A stretch of DNA of 64,000 bases from Phycisphaeraceae bacterium. Lineage in GTDB: Bacteria > Planctomycetota > Phycisphaerae > Phycisphaerales > Phycisphaeraceae. A program made the position numbers and the translations under genes. The stretch covers positions 4,000,001 to 4,064,000 of the forward strand of contig OY771506.1 of assembly GCA_963674705.1 (NCBI GenBank), read 5' to 3'. Below are positions 50,049-62,201 of this stretch, piece by piece (within the stretch, counting starts at the first letter, position 1; the number at the start of each line of letters is the position of its first letter). The notes beneath the pieces are model-generated. The model was not told the DNA's origin. It saw only the letters and a list, made by a program, of their open reading frames with translations, and searched no databases.

Positions 50049-51137
50049 ATGGAAGCAGGCATCGTCGGTCTCCCTAACGTCGGTAAATCCACGCTGTTCA
50101 ACGCGCTGACGGCGGCGGGGATCCCCAGCGAGAATTACCCGTTCTGCACGATCGAGCCGAACGTCGGCGTCGTGTCGGTGCCGGACAGCAGGCTGGCGAC
50201 GATCAACAAGTACATTGAAACCAAGAAGGTGATCCCGGCGATCCTGCGGCTGGTGGATATCGCTGGACTGGTCAAAGGCGCGAGCCAGGGTGAAGGATTA
50301 GGCAACAAGTTTCTTTCGCACATCAAGAACGTCGACGCGGTGTTGCACGTCGTGCGGTGCTTTGAAGATGAAGACATCGCCCACGTGGATGGCGGCGTCG
50401 ATCCGATCAGAGACATCGAGACGATCGATACCGAATTGCTGCTCTCGGACCTGGCAACGATCGAGTCGGCACTCGAGAAGGCGAATCGTGCGGCCCGCAC
50501 CGGTGATAAGGATGCCAAGGCTCGTGCAGCACTGCTCGATAAATGTCACAAGCGGTTGGCGGAAGGCAACCCCATCCGGGGTATCGAACTGGACGAAGCA
50601 CAGGCCAAGGAGTTGAAAAGCTTCGGACTCATCACCGCCAAGCGTGTTTTATATGTCGCCAATGTGGATGAGGACGATCTGCATGGTGAAAGCGAATTCG
50701 TACAGCGTGTACGAGCCCGCGCGGAAGCTGAGGGCGGGGTAGTTGTGCCGGTATGTGCGAAGCTGGAAAGCGAACTGGCGGAACTCGACGAGGCGGATCG
50801 CAAGGAACTGCTTGAAAGCGTGGGTTTAGAAGAGCCTGCCCTGCATGTGCTGGCCCGCGCTGCGTATCAACTGCTGGGGTTGCAGAGCTACTTTACAGCC
50901 GGTCCGAAGGAGATCCGTGCCTGGACGATTCCTGCCGGGGCGACCGGGCCAGAGGCTGCGGGCGTGATCCACAGCGACTTCGAGCGGGGCTTCATCCGTG
51001 TCGAGGTTTATTCCGTGAATGACCTTGATGAATTGAAAAGCGAAAAAGCAATCAAGGAAGCGGGCCGTATGCGCGTCGAAGGCAAGGAATACGTCATGCG
51101 CGACAGCGATGTGTGCCACTTCCTGTTTAATGTGTAA
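50049..51137 (+). CDS. ychF: Redox-regulated ATPase YchF
   Basis: [45 protein letters not shown]. Confidence 0.97.
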   Translation: MEAGIVGLPNVGKSTLFNALTAAGIPSENYPFCTIEPNVGVVSVPDSRLATINKYIETKKVIPAILRLVDIAGLVKGASQGEGLGNKFLSHIKNVDAVLHVVRCFEDEDIAHVDGGVDPIRDIETIDTELLLSDLATIESALEKANRAARTGDKDAKARAALLDKCHKRLAEGNPIRGIELDEAQAKELKSFGLITAKRVLYVANVDEDDLHGESEFVQRVRARAEAEGGVVVPVCAKLESELAELDEADRKELLESVGLEEPALHVLARAAYQLLGLQSYFTAGPKEIRAWTIPAGATGPEAAGVIHSDFERGFIRVEVYSVNDLDELKSEKAIKEAGRMRVEGKEYVMRDSDVCHFLFNV

Positions 51138-51155
51138 ACAACCCCATTACTTAGT

Positions 51156-52151
51156 TCATGATTTAATTGCCGCTAATCCTGCCTGACTTACGATCCAGCC
51201 ATAAGCCAACGTGAAGACAGTATAAGCCACGATAAAAATGAGTAAGGCAAAACATTGGAAGAACGGCAATACAAGCAGGATCGATGTGAACGCCATGTAC
51301 TTCCACACTTTCAGTAGGAAGTCAGTGTTTTCATAAACAGCCCCCGCGTTGATGTATTCGGCCATCTTGCGTATGAATCCGACAAAACAACCGGGCGCGA
51401 AAACAAATGGTAATAAAGCCACTGCAGCAAATTGCATTGGGATGACTTCCATGAACACTGCGACAAAACTTGCTGCACCAAGGATCAGTAATCCGATCGA
51501 ACCGAGCAAGTAAAAAAGCCCAGCATCCTTGGGAACCACAAGGCAGAAAAACGGGCCAAAGATCAGCATTGGCATAGCCACCAATAATACTATGCCGGCA
51601 ATATGAACCATTATATCGGCGGAAGGATTCTGGCTTGTTGCTTGCCATTCGGCGATCTTTAACAAGATAGAAGCACCAAGCATCCCTAAGTAACCCAGCC
51701 CATGCATGAGCAGTCCCACACCCGCGATCTTCGTCCTTACCGCCGATGCGGTCGAATCATGAGCCGTATCTTTGGCTTGGGTGATCTTGGTCTTGCCGCG
51801 CTTCTTGCCGGACCTCAGATCCGTGCCGCACTGGATACAGAGTGCTGCCCCGGGTTTAATCGCTGCACGGCAATTCGGGCAGACATTGGCAGACAACTCG
51901 ACCGGGGCCGCTGCCGCTGCACCGCCTTCGGGTCCCAGCAGGGCGGACCAGTCCGGGCCTTCCCCTTCATGTTCCGCCGGTTCGTCATGCAGGTCATAGC
52001 TATCGAATTCATCATCGGGCTCTTCGAAGACCGGGGCTTCGACCGTGAACTTTTCCCCGCACTTACAGCGGATGCGCTTGCCTTCAAGCTCCGGTTTAAA
52101 GCGATATTGTCGATCACAGTGCGGACAGATGAACGTATCAGCCTGGCTCAT
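51156..52151 (-). CDS. Zn-ribbon plus multi-pass membrane hypothetical protein
   Basis: CPHC/CKC and CPNC/CIQC, then about 6 TM segments. Confidence 0.7.
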   Translation of the reverse strand: MSQADTFICPHCDRQYRFKPELEGKRIRCKCGEKFTVEAPVFEEPDDEFDSYDLHDEPAEHEGEGPDWSALLGPEGGAAAAAPVELSANVCPNCRAAIKPGAALCIQCGTDLRSGKKRGKTKITQAKDTAHDSTASAVRTKIAGVGLLMHGLGYLGMLGASILLKIAEWQATSQNPSADIMVHIAGIVLLVAMPMLIFGPFFCLVVPKDAGLFYLLGSIGLLILGAASFVAVFMEVIPMQFAAVALLPFVFAPGCFVGFIRKMAEYINAGAVYENTDFLLKVWKYMAFTSILLVLPFFQCFALLIFIVAYTVFTLAYGWIVSQAGLAAIKS

Positions 52152-52217
52152 GTGGCCCCCAACACAGAAGTTATGAGATATTAAGAAGTATTGTCTTTCA
52201 AGCCGCCTGCCATCATA

Positions 52218-53387
52218 TCAACGTTTGAGTAATTGCTCACGTTGGATCATCACTTTTAACGTATGGCAAGCCAGTTCGACCTGCGTCTGGTCCATCCGGT
52301 TGAAGAAGGGCAGGGCGAGGGTGCGTTCGCTGATCGATTCAGCGATGGGGAAGTCGCCCTTCTTGAAGCCGAACTGTTCGCGGTAGAACGGCTGGAGATG
52401 GATGCACGGGAAGTAATTGGAAGTGCCGACCTCGTGGCGTCGCATGCCAGTGATGATACGGTCACGTTCGACGTGGCCGTATTGATCGGTCAGGCGGACG
52501 ACGAAGACGAACCAGGACATGTCTTCTTCATGGCCGGGATACAGATTGGGAAGAATCAGATCGTCAAAGCCCATCAGCCGACGCATGTACATCCCCGCGA
52601 CGTTCCGTCGAGCGGTAAGAAACTCATCCAGACGCTGCATCTGCGAGCAGCCCAGAGCCGCGGCGATCTCGGACATGCGGTAGTTGTAGCCCATACGTTC
52701 ATGGGCAAGCCATGAACCAGAGAAGTGCGCATCGCCCGTATGAGCATTAATGGCGCGGCCTTGATTGCGCATGGATCGGCAGAGGTCCGCCAGGCGGTCG
52801 TCATTGGTGACGATCATGCCGCCTTCGCCGGTGGTGATCTGTTTGTTGGGATAGAAAGCGAAGACCGCAGCTCGGCCATAGGAGCCGACGGGTTTACCCA
52901 TGTGCATCCCACCAAAGCCTTCACAGGAATCTTCGATCAGCGGGATCTCGTTCGCTCCGGCGACCTGCGCGATACGGTCCATCTGAAGTGGATTACCGAA
53001 GACTTCGACGGCGATGATCGCCTTGGTTTTCTCGGTGATCGCTTCTTCGAGCTTGGTCGGGTCCATGTTCAAGCTGGTCGGATCGATATCGACGAAGACG
53101 GGCTTGGCGCCGACCATCAGGATGCAATTGGCGCTGGCGATGAAGCTGAAGGGTGTGGTAATGACCTCGTCACCGGGGCCGATGCCCAGCGCGAGCAGGA
53201 TCAGGTGAAGCCCGGCCGTGCCGGAGGAGACCGCAACGCCATGCGTGTTACCGCTACGTCGGGCGACCATCAGCTCGAACTGGTCCTGCTGCGAACCGAT
53301 ACTCAGCCGTCCGGAGCGGAGTGCTGCGGTGACGGCCTGGATATCTGCATCGTTAATGTCGGGCTGACTGAGGGGGATTTCACTCAT
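52218..53387 (-). CDS. DegT/DnrJ/EryC1/StrS PLP aminotransferase
   Basis: SSGTAGLHL, IEDSCE, FYPNKQITTGEGG, GYNYRM. Confidence 0.93.
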   Translation of the reverse strand: MSEIPLSQPDINDADIQAVTAALRSGRLSIGSQQDQFELMVARRSGNTHGVAVSSGTAGLHLILLALGIGPGDEVITTPFSFIASANCILMVGAKPVFVDIDPTSLNMDPTKLEEAITEKTKAIIAVEVFGNPLQMDRIAQVAGANEIPLIEDSCEGFGGMHMGKPVGSYGRAAVFAFYPNKQITTGEGGMIVTNDDRLADLCRSMRNQGRAINAHTGDAHFSGSWLAHERMGYNYRMSEIAAALGCSQMQRLDEFLTARRNVAGMYMRRLMGFDDLILPNLYPGHEEDMSWFVFVVRLTDQYGHVERDRIITGMRRHEVGTSNYFPCIHLQPFYREQFGFKKGDFPIAESISERTLALPFFNRMDQTQVELACHTLKVMIQREQLLKR

Positions 53388-54927
53388 CGGTAATCTGTCC
53401 CAGCACGCGGGCCACGGTCTGATCGATTTGGCCAGTGCGTTTAAGGTAAGTCCAAGCGGCCTGGATACGCAGGGAATCTTCCAGGCTCCCGCTACCGCGT
53501 GCCAGTAGCGCCAGGTCCTGCATCTGTTTTTCGTCCATCGGCCGATCTGATCGCGCGATCAGTAATAGCGCCAGGCCACGGGCGTCGGCGCTGTTGAGTT
53601 GGTCTTCGATTCCCGCGACGACGTCCGCCGCCTCGGGCGAACGGGCCCTGACCAATCCGAGCAGGATCGCCTGGATGAGCAGCTTGTCACGGCCGGGCTC
53701 GATCAGGATCGAACGCAGTATCTGGGATGCGGCGTTTGGATTCAGTTCCTGCAGAGCCTGACTGGCGTCGATCGCTTCATCCAGACGGCGGGCTTTACCT
53801 AGCTGGGGGCTGTGTTCATAAGCGAGGATCAATCCAAGCAGGATAACCTGTGCATCTATCTCGGAAGCATGTTCGCGTGCGTAATCCAATGCCCATGCGT
53901 TGACCATCGGATGCCCCAGTTCGAGCAGTTGCGCGATCGCATCTTCGGATTCAGAAGAGCCGGTGGTGATCTGCACGCCGACTTTCCCAATGGCATTGAT
54001 GAGTGGATCGTCGCTTGCGCGCAGTGTTTTAAAGACATCCGGTTCGAGCCAGGGTGCAAGATGCAGCGCGGTTAATGCCAGACGGACGCGGTTGGCTGGG
54101 GAGTCCTTAGCCTCGTCGTATCGTTCGTGCCAGAGTTGCACTGCTCCCGGTGCCTTAAATCGCATGGCAGTGCGAAGTGCAGCCAATTGCAGCACGGGAT
54201 CAGCGTCGGTCTGCTTGGCCATGTCGAGCGCCCAGTCAGCGACCTTGTCGAAGTCATGCTGTAGAGCTGTTTGCAGGAGCATCGCCCGGACTGCATCACG
54301 TTGCGGGTCGTCCGAACTGTCCAGCGTATTACGTAGATACTCCGGCCCGGCCGGATCATCGAGTTGGGTCAGCAGTAAAGCCGCCAGGGCCGAACCACCG
54401 AGCTTCTTGGCGTGGGTGAGTGTGTGTTTCAGGGATTCCGGATCATCGAATCGGCCCACCTCGATCTCACGGACCGCTACGAGCACCTTAACCTCATCAG
54501 CCAGACCGTCCCATGCCAGGATCTGGTCGGCTTGATTGTCGCTAAGCAAGCCGTCGTCCATGGCGGCAGTGATGACGGTGCTCTGGACGGCGGGGTCCTG
54601 GATCTGGGCGATCCGGGCAAGGTCAACCTGCTTATCCGGGCTGAGTTCGGCCTTGCCGAGGATGCCATGGATTTTCAGCCCCGGGTGTTCTGAATCAGAA
54701 AGGTACTCAAACAGGGGCAGGGCAGCAGGATCGTCAAGGTGGCGGATGGCTTTAAGCAGCAGGTTATGCGTGCCACGGCGGTCGACGATGGTGCTCTGCC
54801 TGATCAGGTAGGCGGCCGCGTCGGCGACTTCAGCGTCTGTGTCCGCATGGGCTGGCGTGCTGATCCAAGCCGTGCAGACGGCCAACACGACGCCGAGACA
54901 GGTCCATATACCCTTAAGCTCCATCAC
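53380..54927 (-). CDS. Exported alpha-helical (HEAT-like) hypothetical protein
   Basis: Signal peptide AHA; Ala/Leu-rich helices; overlaps the DegT start. Confidence 0.65.
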   Translation of the reverse strand: MMELKGIWTCLGVVLAVCTAWISTPAHADTDAEVADAAAYLIRQSTIVDRRGTHNLLLKAIRHLDDPAALPLFEYLSDSEHPGLKIHGILGKAELSPDKQVDLARIAQIQDPAVQSTVITAAMDDGLLSDNQADQILAWDGLADEVKVLVAVREIEVGRFDDPESLKHTLTHAKKLGGSALAALLLTQLDDPAGPEYLRNTLDSSDDPQRDAVRAMLLQTALQHDFDKVADWALDMAKQTDADPVLQLAALRTAMRFKAPGAVQLWHERYDEAKDSPANRVRLALTALHLAPWLEPDVFKTLRASDDPLINAIGKVGVQITTGSSESEDAIAQLLELGHPMVNAWALDYAREHASEIDAQVILLGLILAYEHSPQLGKARRLDEAIDASQALQELNPNAASQILRSILIEPGRDKLLIQAILLGLVRARSPEAADVVAGIEDQLNSADARGLALLLIARSDRPMDEKQMQDLALLARGSGSLEDSLRIQAAWTYLKRTGQIDQTVARVLGQITDE

Positions 54928-55014
54928 AACAGTTTACGAGATCGTGGCGGTCGGTAAAGGACGGCTCCTGTTGTGATTGACCGAAAGGGGCCAAGCGGCG
55001 ACGATACGCGGCTT

Positions 55015-56100
55015 ATGTCATACGAACGAGAGAACATCCGAAGCCTGAGCCCGTACGTCCCCGGCGAGCAGCCTGTGGATACGACGGTCGTCAAGCTGAA
55101 CACCAATGAGAACCCCTATCCGCCCGATCCGGCGGTCCTGGAGGCGGTTGCGGCGGTGCAGGCAGAGTCCTTAAGGCGTTATCCACCGCCGCTGGCGACT
55201 CCGTTCCGCAATACCGCGGCCGAGGTCCATGATCTGGAGCCGCAGCAGGTTATCGCCACCAATGGCGGGGACGAATTATTACGCCTGGCGATCACCGTTT
55301 TCTGTGACCCGACCGGCTCCGATGGCTCGGGGGGCCTGGGTGAGACCCAGCCGACTTATTCGCTGTACGACGTGCTGGCGAGGATTCAGGACACGCCGGT
55401 GACGCGCGTTCCGCTGGAAGAGGACTGGTCGATCCCGATGGACTTTGCAGCCAGGCTGAATGATGCAGGTTGTCGGCTGGCGATGGTCGTGAATCCACAT
55501 GCGCCCAGCGGCCGGTATGAATCCAACGATCGGCTTCGACAGATTGCAGAGGAATTCAAAGGTGTGCTTCTGGTCGACGAAGCGTATACCAACTTCGCCC
55601 GGCTGGATGCCACGGAACTGATCCGAGGTGAGGACGGCCTGAAGAACGTGCTGCTATTACGCACGATGAGTAAGGGGTATTCTCTGGCCGGGCTGCGCTT
55701 CGGCTATGGGCTCGGTCATGCGGACCTGATCGCGGCCCTGGATAAGGTTCGTGACAGCTACAACACGGACATACTCGCTCAGGCCGCGGCGGTGGCGGCA
55801 TTGAAAACGCGTGGGGCGGCAAAGAAGAAGTGCGAACTGGTCGTTCAGGAACGGCGTCGGCTCGGGGATGAACTGACCCGGATGGGCTGGCGGGTCTGGC
55901 CCAGCGACAGCAACTTCATTCTCGCCAAACCGGCTGAAAACAGCCCAAATGCTAAAGATACCTACGAATACCTAAAGCAGAACCGTGTTATCGTGCGATA
56001 CTTCGATCAGGACCGCCTTCGCGACAAGCTGCGGATCACCATCGGTTCGCCGCAACAGAATGACACACTGCTGCGGGTCCTGACAGAACGGCCCAATTAA
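55015..56100 (+). CDS. hisC: Histidinol-phosphate aminotransferase
   Basis: [41 protein letters not shown]. Confidence 0.95.
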   Translation: MSYERENIRSLSPYVPGEQPVDTTVVKLNTNENPYPPDPAVLEAVAAVQAESLRRYPPPLATPFRNTAAEVHDLEPQQVIATNGGDELLRLAITVFCDPTGSDGSGGLGETQPTYSLYDVLARIQDTPVTRVPLEEDWSIPMDFAARLNDAGCRLAMVVNPHAPSGRYESNDRLRQIAEEFKGVLLVDEAYTNFARLDATELIRGEDGLKNVLLLRTMSKGYSLAGLRFGYGLGHADLIAALDKVRDSYNTDILAQAAAVAALKTRGAAKKKCELVVQERRRLGDELTRMGWRVWPSDSNFILAKPAENSPNAKDTYEYLKQNRVIVRYFDQDRLRDKLRITIGSPQQNDTLLRVLTERPN

Positions 56101-56114
56101 TACTCGGAGCAGAC

Positions 56115-56711
56115 ATGGCTTCACGCACCGCAAAAATAACACGTAAGACCAACGAAACCGACATCACCATCGAGCTGAACCTCGATCCTGAAAAAACCGG
56201 TGTCTATTCGAACAAGACGGGTGTGGGATTCTTCGATCACATGCTCGATCATGTCGCCCGTCATGGGAAGTTCTGCCTGAACGTCTCAGCCAAGGGGGAT
56301 TTACACATCGACGACCACCACACCGTCGAAGATGTCGGCATCGTGCTGGGGCAGGTGCTTGAACAGGCGCTGGGTGATAAGAAGGGCATCGAGCGGTACG
56401 GTTTTGCATCCGTCCCGATGGATGAGGCGCTTGCGCGTGTGAGTATCGACCTGTCCGGCCGGGCGGCGCTGGCATTTGATGTGAAGTTCAAGGATTCGTT
56501 CGGCAAGATCGGCACGTTCGACAACCAGCTCGTGCGTGAGTTTTTCAACGCGGTCGTTAATGCCGGCAGGTTCAACTGCCATATTGAGGTGCCGCGTGGT
56601 GAGAACGATCACCACATTGCTGAAGCGATCTTCAAGGCGTTCGGCCGTGCCCTGCGTGAAGCAGTGAACATCACCGGTGACGAAGTACCGAGCACCAAGG
56701 GATCGCTGTAA
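56115..56711 (+). CDS. hisB: Imidazoleglycerol-phosphate dehydratase
   Basis: [38 protein letters not shown]. Confidence 0.97.
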   Translation: MASRTAKITRKTNETDITIELNLDPEKTGVYSNKTGVGFFDHMLDHVARHGKFCLNVSAKGDLHIDDHHTVEDVGIVLGQVLEQALGDKKGIERYGFASVPMDEALARVSIDLSGRAALAFDVKFKDSFGKIGTFDNQLVREFFNAVVNAGRFNCHIEVPRGENDHHIAEAIFKAFGRALREAVNITGDEVPSTKGSL

Positions 56712-56843
56712 CCACAAGTTCTGACAATCGGGATTGCCACAACGCGCGCTTTAAAAGCGTGAGAATTATCTTGTGGACGGTCAGATATCCCGATACCATA
56801 TGTGTATCCGGATCCCCACAACCCGATTGCATGGAGACTGCAA

Positions 56844-58940
56844 ATGTCTCAGTATCAGCGAATATGTCGGCCTGCTTTGGCTGTATTCACGCCTTGCGTT
56901 CTGCTTGTTCTCCTGATCGTTGTGCTGTTGATGGGGTGGCAGCAGACAGGACATGCTCAACTCATACGTGGTGTTTATGACGGTGATCGTGTTGACGATT
57001 CAGATGTAGATCGTCGCATTACCTGGCTGCACTGGTGGGAAGCCAACCGTGATGACTATCTGATGGCTGCCTTGAGAAACCGTGATAAGATCGAGCGAAA
57101 AGAACCATTTGATACCGAACGATTGTCACGATCGGTCAACACGCTCATTGAAGTCACCCGCCTGGATGATAAGGATTCAAGCAAGCTCAAAGCGTTGCGC
57201 GTCGCGGCAACACTGTCGCTGGGTAAGATCGGCACGGATGAGGCAATTGATCGTCTGATCGAGTTGATGCAGGATAAACGGGGCAACGTTCGATCCATGG
57301 CGTGGTTGGCGTTGGGTGTCAGCGGCCATGCGCGGGCCCGTGAAGTCTTGTTGGAAGCAACCCCGATCAGTGAAGATGATCGGCTGGCACGTGATGTGGC
57401 GATGGGCTTATTAAAGCCGGGGGATAGTGCCGCCATCGAGCTTCTGAAACGCGAACTCGTTGAACTTCCCAATGAATCGCAGAAACGCATCGCACTGCAA
57501 TCCCTGCGTCTTTTGCGGGCAGGAGAAATCGCTGACATCGGATACGAGGTGCTCAAGGGCACGGTCAATGAGAACCTGGCTTCCGAGGCGGTGCTTGCGA
57601 TGGCGACCCGGCCGCAGCCCGATCAAGCCGACCTCATCCTCTCGTTATTAAATGGGGGGCCACCGGCGTCACGCCTGCCGATCGGAGCACTCGACGATAC
57701 AGACGATCACCTTCGTCCCGGTGGGTACACCACCCCCACACGCTTTGCCGCGGCGATGGTGCTCGGCAAGTATGAAGGCATGTTCCCGATCCACCGTCTT
57801 GAACGTGTGCTATCTAAACATGTATTCAGGACCACGCCCAGTGGTGAGGGCGATTATTACCGAGGTGTTGCGCTGCTTTCACTGGTGCCGATGATCGAGC
57901 CCGATGACGAAACAGTACTTTTTGATGCACTGGATGGCCGCACGCGCGTATTCGACTATGAGTCCGCACATGTGCCTCTGAGCGATGGACCTGTTGACGA
58001 AAGGGAATTCAACAGGCGGTACGATCCACTGCGCGGGTATGCCGCGATCGGGATGGGCTTGTATCTGAAACATATCCGCGACACGCAGCCGGCTGAGCCG
58101 GATTTGCAGCGTAATCCCGTACGTTACGAGCACGAAGCCGAACGTGCTCAACGGCGTATGCTCGATCAGCTATCGCGGACATTGGAAAACCAACGCGTGC
58201 TCAACGATCTGCGCTGCGCTGCGGCGATTGGTCTTGCACTTAGCGATGAACCCGAAGCCGTGGACCTGCTCAAACAGGGACAGAACGAAACCGAGATTGA
58301 AAACGTGATGTTGATGGGCTACAGCACGCTGGCACTGGCGCTGCTTGGCGACAAAGACGCAGCAATCCCAGCCAGACGCTACCTGCTTGAACTCTCAGCT
58401 TCACGAAACGCCGATGGATTCAGTAACAAATACGACCTTGAACAGACCATGGGCATGCGCGTGATGGCGCTTGCGTTGGGATTAATCGGTACGGAAGAGG
58501 ATGCATCCACACTTATCAAGGCGTGGGGAGCAGACCCCTGGGTCAGTCTGGAAATCGCCAGAGCGTTGAATTGGCTTGAAGACGACAGCCTGTCGGAATC
58601 CCTGATCGAGTTGATCCGTAAAGACCCCGACGATGCCGATGCTGTTCTGGCCGCGATGAGCCTGGGCGAACTTTATGAATCAAATCGACCGTCCAAACTG
58701 TCGCGTCTTGTCGCAGGTTGCAATTACACCATCAACGACAGCGGTATCGCCCCGGCAAACGTGGCGGACCCGGAGCCACGGAATCGCTCACGCGACCTCA
58801 GACGCACCATCAGTCGATGGCAATCGCTCAACAGCCGAATATATCAATCACCGGCTAACGTGTTCCTCTATGAAGTCATGCTCCAGGAGTCTTACTATCC
58901 CTACACATCGCATGACGACGACAGAAGAATAGGGCGTTAA
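56844..58940 (+). CDS. HEAT-repeat protein, exported or membrane-anchored
   Basis: N-terminal hydrophobic helix; repeats [42 protein letters not shown]. Confidence 0.8.
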   Translation: MSQYQRICRPALAVFTPCVLLVLLIVVLLMGWQQTGHAQLIRGVYDGDRVDDSDVDRRITWLHWWEANRDDYLMAALRNRDKIERKEPFDTERLSRSVNTLIEVTRLDDKDSSKLKALRVAATLSLGKIGTDEAIDRLIELMQDKRGNVRSMAWLALGVSGHARAREVLLEATPISEDDRLARDVAMGLLKPGDSAAIELLKRELVELPNESQKRIALQSLRLLRAGEIADIGYEVLKGTVNENLASEAVLAMATRPQPDQADLILSLLNGGPPASRLPIGALDDTDDHLRPGGYTTPTRFAAAMVLGKYEGMFPIHRLERVLSKHVFRTTPSGEGDYYRGVALLSLVPMIEPDDETVLFDALDGRTRVFDYESAHVPLSDGPVDEREFNRRYDPLRGYAAIGMGLYLKHIRDTQPAEPDLQRNPVRYEHEAERAQRRMLDQLSRTLENQRVLNDLRCAAAIGLALSDEPEAVDLLKQGQNETEIENVMLMGYSTLALALLGDKDAAIPARRYLLELSASRNADGFSNKYDLEQTMGMRVMALALGLIGTEEDASTLIKAWGADPWVSLEIARALNWLEDDSLSESLIELIRKDPDDADAVLAAMSLGELYESNRPSKLSRLVAGCNYTINDSGIAPANVADPEPRNRSRDLRRTISRWQSLNSRIYQSPANVFLYEVMLQESYYPYTSHDDDRRIGR

Positions 58941-60520
58941 ACACCTGCCTTGTATTTGTCTCTCACTCGCACCACACCTCGCTTGTTCGACGCAAGGTGT
59001 TCAAGGATGTGGTGGATCGACTCGACGCGGTCGGCTTCACCGACTGCTTGGGCAATCTCCTCGACGCTCAGCTCGCTGCCTGGCTTGCCTTTAAGCTCGC
59101 TGATTGCCTTTCGTTGCAGCTCAAGCACCGCGGCGGCGGCTTTCTTGCCCGCTTCAACACCCGGCTGGTGGTAAGCATTGATATTGATCAATGTCGCGTA
59201 GAAACCAACCGCCCGTTCGTACAGGGCGATGAACGCTCCGAGCGTCTTGGCGTCGATTTTCTCCGCGGTGATGGTGACCGAGCCGCGACCGGATTCGTAG
59301 AGCGCCTGGCGCGTACCTTGCCAGAAGCCGTTGAGGTAATCACCGGTCGTCACGCCGGGCTCCACTTCGATCGGTGTCGTGCGTCCAGGGCGTGGCGTGT
59401 CCTGTAGGATGACGATGAAGTTAACGAAGAAGTTATGCAAACCATCGCGCAGTTGTTGGACGTAAGCGTGCTGGTCGGTTGAGCCCTTATTGCCGTAGAC
59501 AGCGATGCCCTGGTTGACGGTGTTGCCCTCAAGGTCGAGTTCCTTACCGAGGCTTTCCATGACCAGTTGCTGCAGGTACCGGGACAGCAGCAGCAGTCGG
59601 TCCTTGTAGGGCAGGACGACCATATCTTTTTCGCCCTTGCCGTTGGTGGCGTAATACCACATCAGCGCGAGCAAAGCGGCGGGATTCTTCATCGTCTTGT
59701 TGACGCGGGTCAGCGCATCCATTTTGGCGGCGCCATCGAGAAAAGCGCGGATATCCAGCCCCTGCAATGCGGCAGGTAAAAGTCCCACAGCCGACATCAC
59801 ACTGGTCCGGCCGCCGACCCAGTCCCACATGGCAAACCGTTTGAGCCAGCCTTCGCTTTGAGCCGTTTTGTCGAGGTTTGAGCCTTCACCGGTTACTGCC
59901 ACCGCTTGCTTGGCAAAATCCAGGCCCTTCTCGGCGAAGTAGGCCTGCGTCATCATCAGCCCGTTACGAGGCTCTGGGGTTCCGCCTGACTTGGATATCA
60001 CAACGACCAGCGTGGACTTCAAACGAGAACCCAGGTCTTTGAGCGTGCGCTCGATCCCGTCCGGATCGGTGTTGTCGAGGATATGAAACTTAAGCTTGTC
60101 CCGGTTAGTGCCAAGGCAGTCAGCTACAAGTTGTGGGCCCAGTGCCGAGCCACCGATACCGATCAGCAGCAGGTCCGTGAAACGAGCGGCGTCCGGTGGC
60201 GTGACTTCTTTTTTGTGAACGGCAGCGACAAACGCGGTGATCTGGTTGACGCTGTCTCGGATAGCCCCGGCGATTGCTTCATCCGGCGCCAGTTCCGGCG
60301 CTCGCAGCCAGTAGTGGCCCACCTTACGCTTCTCGTCGGGGTTGGCGACTTCACCGGCTTCGAGTTTTTCCATGGCCTCGTAGGCCCGGTCCATCGGCTC
60401 GGTCATCTGCTTAAAGAAGCCGTCGTCGAAGTTGATGCGTGAGATATCCAGACTGATACCCAGCCCCGGGCACTTGCATAGGTACTTCTGGTAGCGTTGC
60501 CAGAGTGCTGATCCGTCCAT
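58937..60520 (-). CDS. pgi: Glucose-6-phosphate isomerase
   Basis: [46 protein letters not shown]. Confidence 0.96.
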   Translation of the reverse strand: MDGSALWQRYQKYLCKCPGLGISLDISRINFDDGFFKQMTEPMDRAYEAMEKLEAGEVANPDEKRKVGHYWLRAPELAPDEAIAGAIRDSVNQITAFVAAVHKKEVTPPDAARFTDLLLIGIGGSALGPQLVADCLGTNRDKLKFHILDNTDPDGIERTLKDLGSRLKSTLVVVISKSGGTPEPRNGLMMTQAYFAEKGLDFAKQAVAVTGEGSNLDKTAQSEGWLKRFAMWDWVGGRTSVMSAVGLLPAALQGLDIRAFLDGAAKMDALTRVNKTMKNPAALLALMWYYATNGKGEKDMVVLPYKDRLLLLSRYLQQLVMESLGKELDLEGNTVNQGIAVYGNKGSTDQHAYVQQLRDGLHNFFVNFIVILQDTPRPGRTTPIEVEPGVTTGDYLNGFWQGTRQALYESGRGSVTITAEKIDAKTLGAFIALYERAVGFYATLININAYHQPGVEAGKKAAAAVLELQRKAISELKGKPGSELSVEEIAQAVGEADRVESIHHILEHLASNKRGVVRVRDKYKAGV

Positions 60521-60564
60521 TGTCTTGAGTCTCTTGTTGGGGGTGAACTAATGAGTGAGGTTGA

Positions 60565-61038
60565 TTAGAGCTTTAATGCATCTTCGTCCGGCTGAACCGT
60601 GAGTCGGTAGCGGATGTTAGCAGCCGGATCGTATAGTTCGGCTGAGATCACCGGCCGGGCCAGGTCAGGCTGAAGGAACGAGCCAACCGGGAAAGCCTCT
60701 TGATGCCGATTAATCAGGCTTTTGAGCGGTAAAGCTTCATTGGTGCCGATCGTGATCGGGTCAAGGTTGCGTACATACTGCTGGTTCAGCCAGAGCTGCA
60801 TGCCCTCATAGGTCCGAGCGGTGCGGTTGGTCAGGCTGATCGCTGTGCCCTTTCGGACCACGACGATATCAAGGTCAGGCCCGTATTCTGCCTTTCCGGG
60901 GTATCGCAGGGCGGCGAGGGCCTCGGCGGTCGGGCCGTCAACAATCGGCGGAGGCTGCTCACAGCCGATCGGCAGCAGGCATACCACCAGGAGCAGGGCG
61001 AACAACCACGTACTTGATCTGATCATCTGAAGGTTCAT
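60565..61038 (-). CDS. Hypothetical lipoprotein
   Basis: Hydrophobic leader ending PIGC. Confidence 0.65.
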   Translation of the reverse strand: MNLQMIRSSTWLFALLLVVCLLPIGCEQPPPIVDGPTAEALAALRYPGKAEYGPDLDIVVVRKGTAISLTNRTARTYEGMQLWLNQQYVRNLDPITIGTNEALPLKSLINRHQEAFPVGSFLQPDLARPVISAELYDPAANIRYRLTVQPDEDALKL

Positions 61039-61086
61039 CCTCGGGGTCCTGATCGTTGCGATCCGTCATCGGATCGTCCGCCTATA

Positions 61087-62157
61087 ATGACCGCCATGCC
61101 AAAACTCGGCAAACTTGAACTGGATGCGCCGTTCTATCAGGCGGGACTGGCGGGTTATTCCGACACCGCGATGCGGCTGGTCGCCCGTCGGCACGGCTGC
61201 CCGTATTGCGTGACCGAGGCCCTGTTGGACCACTTCCTGATCCAGGGAGGCAGGGGCCTGAAAATGGCGGAATTGCACGAGGACGATCACCCGATCGCCG
61301 GGCAATTAATGGGCTCACACCCTCAGGATATCGCCCAGGGGGCCGAGGTTTTACTTGGGATGGGCTACGATGTAATCGACATCAACCTGGCCTGCCCGGT
61401 CAAGAAGATCAAGAAAAAGAGCCGTGGGGGGCACATGATGTCCGTGCCGGATGAAGCGATCGCGATCCTGGACGCCGTGCGGCAGCAGGTGGGCGATCGA
61501 ACACCTTGCACGGTGAAACTGCGCCGCGGCAGCGACGACTCGCCCGAGGCGCTTGCCAACTTCCACAAGATTTTCGAGGCGGTGATCGATCTTGGCTATG
61601 CCGGAGCCACCGTCCACGGTCGAAGCGTTGCCCAGAAGTACATCGGCCCGTCCAACTGGGACTTCCTGCGTGATCTGACCGCTCATTATGGCCCGGTAGA
61701 GGGCTTTACCATCGGCGGCTCAGGAGACGTCTGGCAGGCTGCTGACATCTTCAGGATGATCGAATACACGAATGTGGACTGGGTCAGCGTCGCACGCGGC
61801 TGCATCGGTAATCCGTGGCTCTTCCGGCAAGCGAGGGCGATGATGGCAGGAGATGCGGAGGAAGCCAAACGACCACCGACGATCTTCGAGCAGCGTGATG
61901 TGCTGCTGGAGCACTTTGAGTTGTCTGTGGCAACCCATGGCGAGCAACTTGCCTCAAAACTGATGCGCAAGTTCGGTATCCGATTCAGCAGGCACCACCC
62001 TCAAGGCGATGAGATCAAGCAGGCATTTATCAAGGTAATGGGTTTACCCGGATGGCGGGCGGTCCTGGAAAAGTATTACCATACAGATGGCCCGGGCGTC
62101 GACGGGGAACAGGCTCTGCCTGAAGAAGCGACGGAGGCAGAGGGATGCGGCGTTTAA
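61087..62157 (+). CDS. tRNA-dihydrouridine synthase (Dus family)
   Basis: IDINLACPV, TVKLR, TVHGRS, SGDV, ARGCIGNPWLF. Confidence 0.92.
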   Translation: MTAMPKLGKLELDAPFYQAGLAGYSDTAMRLVARRHGCPYCVTEALLDHFLIQGGRGLKMAELHEDDHPIAGQLMGSHPQDIAQGAEVLLGMGYDVIDINLACPVKKIKKKSRGGHMMSVPDEAIAILDAVRQQVGDRTPCTVKLRRGSDDSPEALANFHKIFEAVIDLGYAGATVHGRSVAQKYIGPSNWDFLRDLTAHYGPVEGFTIGGSGDVWQAADIFRMIEYTNVDWVSVARGCIGNPWLFRQARAMMAGDAEEAKRPPTIFEQRDVLLEHFELSVATHGEQLASKLMRKFGIRFSRHHPQGDEIKQAFIKVMGLPGWRAVLEKYYHTDGPGVDGEQALPEEATEAEGCGV

Positions 62158-62201
62158 CAGGATTTAATTCGCTGATTGATGTCCGAAAGAAAGGATTCTG
62201 T

